Below are positions 56,918 through 64,000 of a stretch of DNA of 64,000 bases, piece by piece (position 1 is the first letter of the stretch; every line of letters begins with the position of its first letter). Both the position numbers and the translations under genes were made by a program. The stretch lies in the NCBI GenBank assembly GCA_041661275.1, contig JBAZUU010000002.1, positions 33,206 through 97,205 of the forward strand, in the 5' to 3' direction. The notes under the pieces were generated by a model. It did no database searches, was not told the DNA's origin, and worked only from the letters and a program-made list of their open reading frames with translations. The DNA comes from Parcubacteria group bacterium (GTDB lineage: Bacteria > Patescibacteriota > Minisyncoccia > Moranbacterales > UBA2206).

Positions 56918-57349
56918 ATGAAAAAACAAATTATCATAATTACAATTATCTTTGTGGTTTTAATTCTTTCTGGTTTATATTATTTTTTCCAAAAAAATCA
57001 AAAATCAGCTGAAATTAACGGTCATAAGTTTAAATTGGAGCTGGCTATAAGCAGAGAGGAAAAAGAAAGAGGGCTTTCTGGAAGAGATGGTTTATGTCAG
57101 GAATGCGGTATGCTTTTTATTTTTCCCCAAAAGGGAATCGATAATTTTTGGATGAAAGATATGCAATTTGATCTGGATATTATTTGGATAAGTGACGGGA
57201 GGATTGTGTATTTAGCGAAAAATATAGCTTATGATAATAAAATAACGATAAAGCCTGGAAAGCCAGCCGATCAAGTCTTGGAAATAAATGCCGGATTATC
57301 TGACAGATATGGCTTGAAAGAAGGGGATAAGGTAACAATGTCATATTAA
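56918..57349 (+). CDS. DUF192 family protein
   Basis: N-terminal transmembrane segment. CGMLFIFP...FWMKDMQFDLDIIWISDGRIVYL resembles DUF192/COG1430. Confidence 0.6.
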   Translation: MKKQIIIITIIFVVLILSGLYYFFQKNQKSAEINGHKFKLELAISREEKERGLSGRDGLCQECGMLFIFPQKGIDNFWMKDMQFDLDIIWISDGRIVYLAKNIAYDNKITIKPGKPADQVLEINAGLSDRYGLKEGDKVTMSY

Positions 57350-57356
57350 CCGCCAA

Positions 57357-57392
57357 CAAAAACTCCCCGCCAATATGGGCGGGGAGTTTTTT
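57357..57392. terminator. Bidirectional rho-independent terminator between convergent genes
   Basis: aaaaactccccgccaatatgggcggggagtttttt, with an A-run and a T-run on either side. Confidence 0.8.
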
Positions 57393-57471
57393 ATAAAAAA
57401 TCTTGAGATTTTCTAAATAAAGAACAGTAGAATTTTATTTTGTTTCTGCATCTGCACAATAGCTCTTACTC

Positions 57472-58125
57472 TCATGAAAACGAAGCTACTCTTACTGAAT
57501 ACTTGTGAAGATTCTGGAGTTGTTTGTCATTAAGATTCTTGGATTTGCTTATGGCTTCCTGGATCAGGCCTTTTTCGAATTCTACTGAAGTTCCGATACG
57601 AACAGTGCCTTTTTTAGCTACTCTTTTCCGCAAATAGTCTTCAATATAGATCTTGTGTTCAGCAGTCAACGCTGAATCAGGGTTTTTTTCCAAATAATTA
57701 GCCAAAGCGCGTCTGGCTAATTTTGTGGTTCCGTCGCCTCTTGAGGCAGTTTCTACAAAAGACTTATCAGTTTCCTGGCTGGTAGCGGATGAGGTTACCT
57801 GGTCGGCTGGTTTGCTTTGAACAGCTTGCTGGTTGCTGGTAGTTCCATTGCTTTCTTCAGCGGCTTTACCCGATTCTTCATTGGTGGCACCTTCTTCCTT
57901 GTTGTCACTAGTTCCGGCGATCTGTTCTAAGACATTGCCTTGGTCGTTATTTCCTGCGAGTTCCGGAGTAGCTGATCTCTTAGAATAAGAATAAATTCCA
58001 CCAGCGATAACAACGACGATCAGTACGCTGATAATTATTCTCAAGTTGTCCCTTAGCCATTGTTTTGCACCTCCTTCTTCGAAATCTTCATTGAAATCTT
58101 CATTCTTTGGTTCTTGGTTTTCCAT
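57472..58125 (-). CDS. Hypothetical membrane-anchored protein with low-complexity linker
   Basis: Acidic N-terminus, one transmembrane segment, S/T/E-rich linker, structured C-terminal ~90 aa. No family recognised. Confidence 0.4.
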   Translation of the reverse strand: MENQEPKNEDFNEDFEEGGAKQWLRDNLRIIISVLIVVVIAGGIYSYSKRSATPELAGNNDQGNVLEQIAGTSDNKEEGATNEESGKAAEESNGTTSNQQAVQSKPADQVTSSATSQETDKSFVETASRGDGTTKLARRALANYLEKNPDSALTAEHKIYIEDYLRKRVAKKGTVRIGTSVEFEKGLIQEAISKSKNLNDKQLQNLHKYSVRVASFS

Positions 58126-58551
58126 TTGTTCACCTTCCTTTCTAGAGGATCCGCCTAATTTTTTTCAAGCAAAGCTCGAAAAAATTTTGGCGGAAAAATA
58201 AATTATTAAGGTGCTTACGTTGAAGCTTGCGGCTCTTGCGAGCGTCTCATATTAAATTCTAACAAAATCTGAACTGACGTCAACTAGACAAGCGGGTTAA
58301 AATAGGGCTTAATATGGGACATAGCACAGAATATTGGCGCCTAGGAAAGTTCCAGCTTCTTCGGAGTAATAATTTAAAATTTGAAATTTATAATTTGAAA
58401 TGAATTTGAAATGATTTAATTTTAAATTTAAAATTAAGATTTGATTTAAAATTATAAATTCTAAATTTAAAATTATTTTGAAATATTTTTTTCTGGTTGT
58501 GGTATTATCTTATGTTTTAGTTCTTTTTGAAAAAATATTTTTGAAAAAAAG

Positions 58552-58560
58552 TTATCCACA
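58552..58560 (+). promoter_or_regulatory. Perfect DnaA box TTATCCACA (with the same AAAAG prefix as the nrdR-upstream boxes) inside an ~800-bp AT-rich non-coding region
   Basis: aaaaagttatccaca read directly. The surrounding 58126-58922 has no convincing CDS. Confidence 0.5.
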
Positions 58561-58922
58561 GCAAAAAAAATAAATTTTTCTATTGCGTAAATATCATATT
58601 GGTATATAATTAAGTATAGAAAAATATTTTTCAAAATATTTTTTAAAACAAATGGTCGAAAACAAAAAAAGGATAAACGTATCCTATTAAAATAATTTAA
58701 ATTCCGCTTAAAATTTTTCGCGGAAAAATTAGAAAGGAAGGTGGAACCAAAATGGCTAAGAAAAAAAAGGCAGCAAAGAAGAAAAAAGCTACCAAGAAAA
58801 AGAAGAAACGATAGTCTTTTTTCTTGATATATTCTCGTTTGGCGCACAATTTTGCACCAGGGAGATACAAAAAACCCGTTCCGCTAAGCGTGATCGGGTT
58901 TTTTGCTTTTTATAAGCCAAAA

Positions 58923-59873
58923 TTATAGCTCAATTTTTGCTACGCGCCATCTTCCGGAAAGATCTTTGATAAAATTTATCTTGCATTTTGGAAGATATTT
59001 TTTTGCCATTTTTTCTATTTTATTTTTTTGTTCCGGACTGATTTCTAAAATAGTATATGGTATTTTGTATCTAGTATCTCGTATGATATTTTCGATCTGG
59101 ATAAATAATCTTTCATAGTGATCTAGCCCGTCCCTACCGGAAAGAAGGGCAGCTCCTGGTTCGAAATTTTTTACATCAGGTAGAGTGGAATTATAAATTT
59201 TTTTAGAGAGATAGGGAAGGTTGGCAACGATGATACAGCGACCAGTAATCAAGGAGCAATGATCAATAAAATATTTGATTAGATCTGTTTTAATAAATTT
59301 TATTTTATTTTGTAAATTATATTTTTTTGCATTCTTTCTGGCTATCACCAAAGCGTCTAAAGAAATATCCGTAGCATAATAATTTATTTTATCGTTCTTT
59401 GTTCTTTGTTTTTTGTTTGCTGCGAGCGAGATGATGATATTTCCACTTCCGGTTCCAATATCGATTACGTTTATGTTCTTAGGATTAAGCTTAATAATTT
59501 CTTCAACTAAGAGCTCTGTTTCCGGTCTGGGGATAAGTGTGTTTTTGTCCACTTTGAAATCCAAACCGTAGAATTCCTTGTGGCCGAGGATATACGCCAG
59601 GGGCTCATGGCTTTTTCGGCGACTTATGAAACTATCAAATTTAGCCTTTTGTGCTTTATTCAAAGATATTTCCGCCCCATCACCAAAAAATTTTTTAATA
59701 TTTTTCCTTCCATTGACATATTTTTTCGTTTTTTTGTTAGTTATTTTGGTGACGGGGTAAAGATGCGTCAAAACATACTCTCTTGACTTTTGGAGAATAT
59801 GGGCTAAGATTAGTTCTTGTTCGAAAGGGGGGAGTCTGAAATCGGACTTTCGGGGGGAGTTCTTTTTTTTCAT
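58923..59873 (-). CDS. prmC: Release-factor glutamine N5-methyltransferase (PrmC/HemK)
   Basis: VIDIGTGSGNIIISLA SAM motif and IVANLPY (NPPY-like) catalytic motif. Downstream of prfA on the same strand. Confidence 0.8.
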   Translation of the reverse strand: MKKKNSPRKSDFRLPPFEQELILAHILQKSREYVLTHLYPVTKITNKKTKKYVNGRKNIKKFFGDGAEISLNKAQKAKFDSFISRRKSHEPLAYILGHKEFYGLDFKVDKNTLIPRPETELLVEEIIKLNPKNINVIDIGTGSGNIIISLAANKKQRTKNDKINYYATDISLDALVIARKNAKKYNLQNKIKFIKTDLIKYFIDHCSLITGRCIIVANLPYLSKKIYNSTLPDVKNFEPGAALLSGRDGLDHYERLFIQIENIIRDTRYKIPYTILEISPEQKNKIEKMAKKYLPKCKINFIKDLSGRWRVAKIEL

Positions 59874-60236
59874 AGAAAGGATGAGAAAATGCCTAGAAAG
59901 GATCTAAGTAAGAAATTGGTAGCAAGCCTCCTTTCCAATTCAGAGGGAATAATGGGGAGGTTTTTTGAAAGGGTGGAGCGTATCGGTGGCTCATATAAAT
60001 CGGGTCACATCAAGTACAAGATTTTTCCAAAGGAGAGTGTGATATTTTCCTCTGACGCTCTTTACAGAGGGTTTGCCGATTTCTTCAGAGATTTAAATTA
60101 CATAGTTGATTACGAGGAATTTCAGGGAGATATCGAAGGAATGTTTATTGCTTGTGGTGGCAATACTATTTTCTTTCATATTGAACTGGATAGTAACCAA
60201 CTTGAGCTGGAATTGAACGCCTGGCTAAGAGACTAG
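59817..60236 (+). CDS. Hypothetical protein (start probably at 59889 MPRKDL...)
   Basis: Fills the 420-bp gap between prmC and prfA on the opposite strand. Followed by a bidirectional terminator. No motif. Confidence 0.35.
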   Translation: MFERGESEIGLSGGVLFFHRKDEKMPRKDLSKKLVASLLSNSEGIMGRFFERVERIGGSYKSGHIKYKIFPKESVIFSSDALYRGFADFFRDLNYIVDYEEFQGDIEGMFIACGGNTIFFHIELDSNQLELELNAWLRD

Positions 60237-60252
60237 GCGTGCGGCTTACACT

Positions 60253-60294
60253 AAAAAACTCCGGCAAAAATTCTTGCAATTCCGGAGTTTTTTC
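60253..60294. terminator. Bidirectional rho-independent terminator (serves prfA on the minus strand and the small + ORF)
   Basis: aaaaaactccggcaaaaattcttgcaattccggagtttttt. Confidence 0.75.
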
Positions 60295-61357
60295 ATTTCC
60301 CAATTCTTCTTTTCGTATCCTCTTCTTTCAAAAGTTCAATAATTTCATCCAAATTGCCGTTCAAAATATTCCCAATATTACTCCAACTTTGTTTGATGCG
60401 ATGATCGGTGATTCTATCTTGTGGAAAATTATATGTTCTGATTTTTTCACTTCTGTCTCCGGTTCCGATTTGACTCCTTCTGGCATCTCCTAATTCTTTG
60501 GCTTGTTCCTCTTCTTTTAACTGCAAAAGCCTTGAACGAAGCACTTTCATAGCCTTTTCCTTGTTTTTCAGCTGGGATTTTTCGTCCTGACAAGATACGA
60601 TAAGGCCAGTTGGGATGTGAGTGATGCGTACGGCTGATTTCGTAGTATTGACTGACTGTCCACCAGGACCAGACGAACAAAATGTGTCTATTCTAATGTC
60701 TTTTTCTTCAATTTTCAATTCCACCTCTTCTGCTTCCGGGAGGACTGCCACTGTGGCAGTGGAGGTGTGAATGCGACCATTTTTTTCTGTTTCTGGCACT
60801 CTTTGCACGCGGTGCACTCCTGATTCATATTTCATCTTGCCATAAACTCCACGACCGTTTATTTCAAAAACAACTTCCTTAAATCCGCCGATGCCAATGG
60901 TACTGGAGTTCAGCAGATGCGTTTGCCAGCCGTTTTTTTCGGCATAATGGGAATACATTCGGAAAAGTTCAGCGGCAAAAAGCGCCGATTCGTCTCCGCC
61001 GGCGCCAGCGCGAATTTCCATGATAATATTTTTCAAATCATTCGGGTCTTTTGGGATAATTGCCGCTTCCAATTCTTTTTCCAATTTTTCCTTATCTATC
61101 GATAACTTCATATTTTCATCCATAGCCATCTGTTTTAGTTCGGCGTCTTCATCCTTTCCGTTGATGATTTTGGCGTTTCCGGCCATAACATCTTCTATTT
61201 TTTCAAGATTAGTGATTTTTCCCATAACTTCGGACAATTCTGCCTGTCTCTTGCCTAGTTCGGCCATTTTTTTAGGATCGGAAAAAACGCCCGGATCGTT
61301 CAATTGGGCGGAAATCTCCTCGTATTCCTTTTTAATACTGTCAATTTGTTCGCGCAT
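60293..61357 (-). CDS. prfA: Peptide chain release factor 1
   Basis: GGQ motif ([12 protein letters not shown]). RF1-type sequence. Followed on the same strand by prmC. Confidence 0.9.
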   Translation of the reverse strand: MREQIDSIKKEYEEISAQLNDPGVFSDPKKMAELGKRQAELSEVMGKITNLEKIEDVMAGNAKIINGKDEDAELKQMAMDENMKLSIDKEKLEKELEAAIIPKDPNDLKNIIMEIRAGAGGDESALFAAELFRMYSHYAEKNGWQTHLLNSSTIGIGGFKEVVFEINGRGVYGKMKYESGVHRVQRVPETEKNGRIHTSTATVAVLPEAEEVELKIEEKDIRIDTFCSSGPGGQSVNTTKSAVRITHIPTGLIVSCQDEKSQLKNKEKAMKVLRSRLLQLKEEEQAKELGDARRSQIGTGDRSEKIRTYNFPQDRITDHRIKQSWSNIGNILNGNLDEIIELLKEEDTKRRIGK

Positions 61358-61413
61358 AATTGTATTAATTTAGCTATTCTATTGTATAATTAACTCGTAT
61401 TTTAATCAAATTT

Positions 61414-61689
61414 ATGAAAAAATCGTTTAGTGATAAAGTAATACAACTGGTTTCCAAAATTCCTCGTGGGAAAATTTTGACCTATCTTGAAGTGGCCAAA
61501 GGTGCCGGAAATCCAAAAGCCGCCAGAGCAGTTGGCAATATTTTGAATTTGTATTATAAAGAATGCGTGCAAAACAAAAAACCAACCATTCCGTGCCACA
61601 GGGTCGTTAGAAATGATGGGAAAGTCGGTGGCTATGCCCTGGGTAGCAAAAAGAAAAAAGAACTGCTAGAATTAGAAGGTAAAAAATAA
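61414..61689 (+). CDS. MGMT-family DNA-binding domain protein (methylated-DNA--protein-cysteine methyltransferase-like)
   Basis: IPCHRVV active-site-type motif. ~90 aa. Confidence 0.75.
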   Translation: MKKSFSDKVIQLVSKIPRGKILTYLEVAKGAGNPKAARAVGNILNLYYKECVQNKKPTIPCHRVVRNDGKVGGYALGSKKKKELLELEGKK

Positions 61690-61699
61690 TCTTTTTAAT

Positions 61700-62629
61700 A
61701 TGAAGAAAATACTTATTTTAGGCGCCAAGGGGATGCTTGGTCAGGAACTGGTCAAGACATTTAGAAAAGATAGTGATTATAAGGTAATAGGTTGGGATAG
61801 GGAAGATATTGATATCGCTAGCGAAAAAGAAGTGTCAAAGAAAATTGGCATTATTAAGCCATCAATTATCATCAACGCGGCGGCGTATAATGCGGTGGAT
61901 AAGTGTGAGGAAGACAAGAAAGAGTTCGAGCTAGCTAAAAAAATAAACGGTCTGGCGCCGGGATATTTGGCGAAAGTCGCCAAAAAACTGAAAGCGACTC
62001 TGGTTCATTATTCAACAGATTATGTTTTCAATGGCCAGCCGGAAATTAATGAGCCGCAAGGATGCACGCATGTTTGCGCTACCTGTTCGCTTCATGGAGG
62101 CGAGCCGGAAGTTGGATTTTGTGAGGATGATAAGCCGGATCCAATAAATAAGTATGCTGAAACTAAATTGTTAGGCGAAAAAGAAGTACAAAAAAATTTA
62201 AAGAATTATTATATTATTCGTCTATCTTGGCTTTTCGGAAAACCGGCAATTTCTAAAAATGCTAAAAGGAGTTTTTTTGATATCATGCTAGAATTGGGCG
62301 GAAAAAATAAAGAAGTCCGAGCAGTAGATGATGAAACAGGACAATTTACATATGCACCTGATTTAGTTATAAAAACCAAGGAAATTATCGATTCTAAAAA
62401 ACCTTTTGGTATATATCACGTCACAAATTCCGACCCTTGCAGCTGGTACGAAGCCGCGATAGAATTATATAAGCAGGCGGGTTTGAAGACTAAAGTCATT
62501 CCCGTGACTGGCGATGCTTTTCCACGTCCTGCCAAAAGACCTTTTTATTCGGTTTTGGTGAACACCAAGCTCAATCCAATGAGAAGTTATAAGGAAGCTT
62601 TGAAGGAATATTTAAAGGGAATTAAATAA
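61700..62629 (+). CDS. rfbD: dTDP-4-dehydrorhamnose reductase
   Basis: ILILGAKGMLG Rossmann, IINAAAYNAVDKCE, YxxxK (NKYAETK). Contains a Cys-rich ~25-aa insertion. Confidence 0.8.
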   Translation: MKKILILGAKGMLGQELVKTFRKDSDYKVIGWDREDIDIASEKEVSKKIGIIKPSIIINAAAYNAVDKCEEDKKEFELAKKINGLAPGYLAKVAKKLKATLVHYSTDYVFNGQPEINEPQGCTHVCATCSLHGGEPEVGFCEDDKPDPINKYAETKLLGEKEVQKNLKNYYIIRLSWLFGKPAISKNAKRSFFDIMLELGGKNKEVRAVDDETGQFTYAPDLVIKTKEIIDSKKPFGIYHVTNSDPCSWYEAAIELYKQAGLKTKVIPVTGDAFPRPAKRPFYSVLVNTKLNPMRSYKEALKEYLKGIK

Positions 62630-62648
62630 TTAAAATAAACCAAATAAT

Positions 62649-63917
62649 ATGGATGTACAAAAAAATCTGGAAATGCTAAAACAAAATGATCCAGATGTCT
62701 ACAATGCTATAAAAGGAGAAGAGGAAAGAGAGTGTAAGGGAGTGGAATTAATTCCATCGGAAAATTATACTTATCCGGAAGTTTTTGCGGCTAATGGATC
62801 AATTTTGACTAATAAATATGCAGAAGGGTATCCCGGCAAGCGATATTATGGAGGGCAGGAGTTTACAGATAAGGTTGAAGAATTGGCGCGGGAACGAGCA
62901 AAAAAACTGTTTCGCTGTGAGCATGCCAATGTACAACCGCTCTCTGGATCACCAATGAATCAAGCGGCATATCTGGCTTTTCTTAAGCCAGGAGATACTG
63001 TTTTAGGGATGGATCTTTCACATGGAGGACACTTGACTCATGGCGCACCCGTTTCTCATATGGGAAAGATTTTTAATTTTGTGCGGTATAAGACCCACTC
63101 AGATGAAAATGGCAGAATCGATTTTGAAGAACTAATGAAAGTAGCCAAAGAAACAAAACCGAAGATAGTATTATGCGGCTATACTTCTTATCCGAGAGAT
63201 TATGATTATGCCGACTTTAAAAAGGTGGCTGATGAAGTCGGCGCTATAACCATGGCTGATATCGCCCATATTGGAGGGTTGGTCGCAGCCAATGTAATGA
63301 GAAATCCTTTTGATTATGGATTTGACATTGTTACTACTACCACTCATAAGACTTTGCGTGGGCCAAGGGCAGGGATGATCATGTGCAAAAAGGAATATGC
63401 GGAGGCAATAGATAAGTCAGTCTTTCCAGGTCTTCAAGGCGGGCCACATATGAATACTATTTCTGCTATTGCCGTAGCGCTCGGAAAGGCTATGCAACCG
63501 GAGTTTAAGGAATATGCCGAGCAGATATTAAAAAATTCCAAAGTTTTATCCAAAACTTTGATGGACAATGGTGTGAAACTAGTTACAAACGGAACAGATA
63601 ATCATATGATGGTGATGAATACCCAGGAGAGTTTTGGAATTAATGGAAAAGTAGCCGAGGAAACATTGGACAAAGTTTCTATTACAGTAAATAAACAGAT
63701 CGTTCCCGATGATCCATTTAATCCTCTAAAACCAAGCGGAATAAGATTGGGAACACCTTGCGCGACTACCAGAGGAATGAGAGAAGGGGATATGGAAAAA
63801 TTAGGGAAATGGATAATTGAAGCGTTGAAAAATAATGCTGATGAAAAAAAGCTGGAAGAAATTAAAAAAGAGGTGGAATCATTCTGTTCGAAATTCCCAG
63901 TTCCAGGGATAAATTAA
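62649..63917 (+). CDS. glyA: Serine hydroxymethyltransferase
   Basis: TTTTHKTLRGPR PLP-lysine region. Full-length SHMT-like. Confidence 0.9.
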   Translation: MDVQKNLEMLKQNDPDVYNAIKGEEERECKGVELIPSENYTYPEVFAANGSILTNKYAEGYPGKRYYGGQEFTDKVEELARERAKKLFRCEHANVQPLSGSPMNQAAYLAFLKPGDTVLGMDLSHGGHLTHGAPVSHMGKIFNFVRYKTHSDENGRIDFEELMKVAKETKPKIVLCGYTSYPRDYDYADFKKVADEVGAITMADIAHIGGLVAANVMRNPFDYGFDIVTTTTHKTLRGPRAGMIMCKKEYAEAIDKSVFPGLQGGPHMNTISAIAVALGKAMQPEFKEYAEQILKNSKVLSKTLMDNGVKLVTNGTDNHMMVMNTQESFGINGKVAEETLDKVSITVNKQIVPDDPFNPLKPSGIRLGTPCATTRGMREGDMEKLGKWIIEALKNNADEKKLEEIKKEVESFCSKFPVPGIN

Positions 63918-63934
63918 AAATTTATAAATAATTT

Positions 63935-64000
63935 ATGAAAGGCATTATTCTTTCCGGCGGGACGGCCACACGTCTTTTCCCGCTGACAGCCACCACGTCA
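63935..64000 (+). CDS. rfbA: Glucose-1-phosphate thymidylyltransferase, 5' partial in window
   Basis: MKGIILSGGTATRLFPLT matches the RmlA N-terminal GGxGTRL motif. Runs off the right edge. Confidence 0.7.
   Translation, partial: MKGIILSGGTATRLFPLTATTS

Noticed and set aside
58473-58847. 124-aa minus-strand ORF in the AT-rich gap
   Set aside because: Runs through poly-A/T low-complexity sequence (F/L/K/N-rich), has no ribosome-binding site and lies antisense to a small ORF that has an SD and terminator. Treated as non-coding.

Overview
This window is low-GC (about one-third), gene-dense and mostly co-directional. Gene content and protein style (small housekeeping proteins, an anaerobic ribonucleotide reductase, short ribosomal-protein operons, a reduced dcw cluster) suggest a Patescibacteria/CPR-type bacterium using the standard code, since TGA terminates several clear genes. 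Recognisable genes are listed in order in the features. Two tRNAs are present: tRNA-Glu(CUC) on the plus strand and tRNA-Gln(UUG) on the minus strand. No rRNA and no CRISPR array were seen. The less ordinary content is mostly non-coding. At least five families of small palindromic or MITE/REP-like repeats fill the intergenic spacers, and some copies lie in frame inside comEC and smc. One palindrome family flanks an IS200-like HUH-Y1 transposase (RAYT) inserted at the 3' end of murF, together with a diverged copy of the murF 3' end. Directly downstream is a 392-aa coiled-coil protein with a RelE/ParE-like C-terminus, preceded in frame by a TGA-separated fragment. Perfect DnaA boxes occur upstream of nrdR and inside an ~800-bp extremely AT-rich non-coding region near prmC, which is a candidate origin or DnaA-regulated region. 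All calls come from reading the sequence and motifs by eye; no database search was possible.
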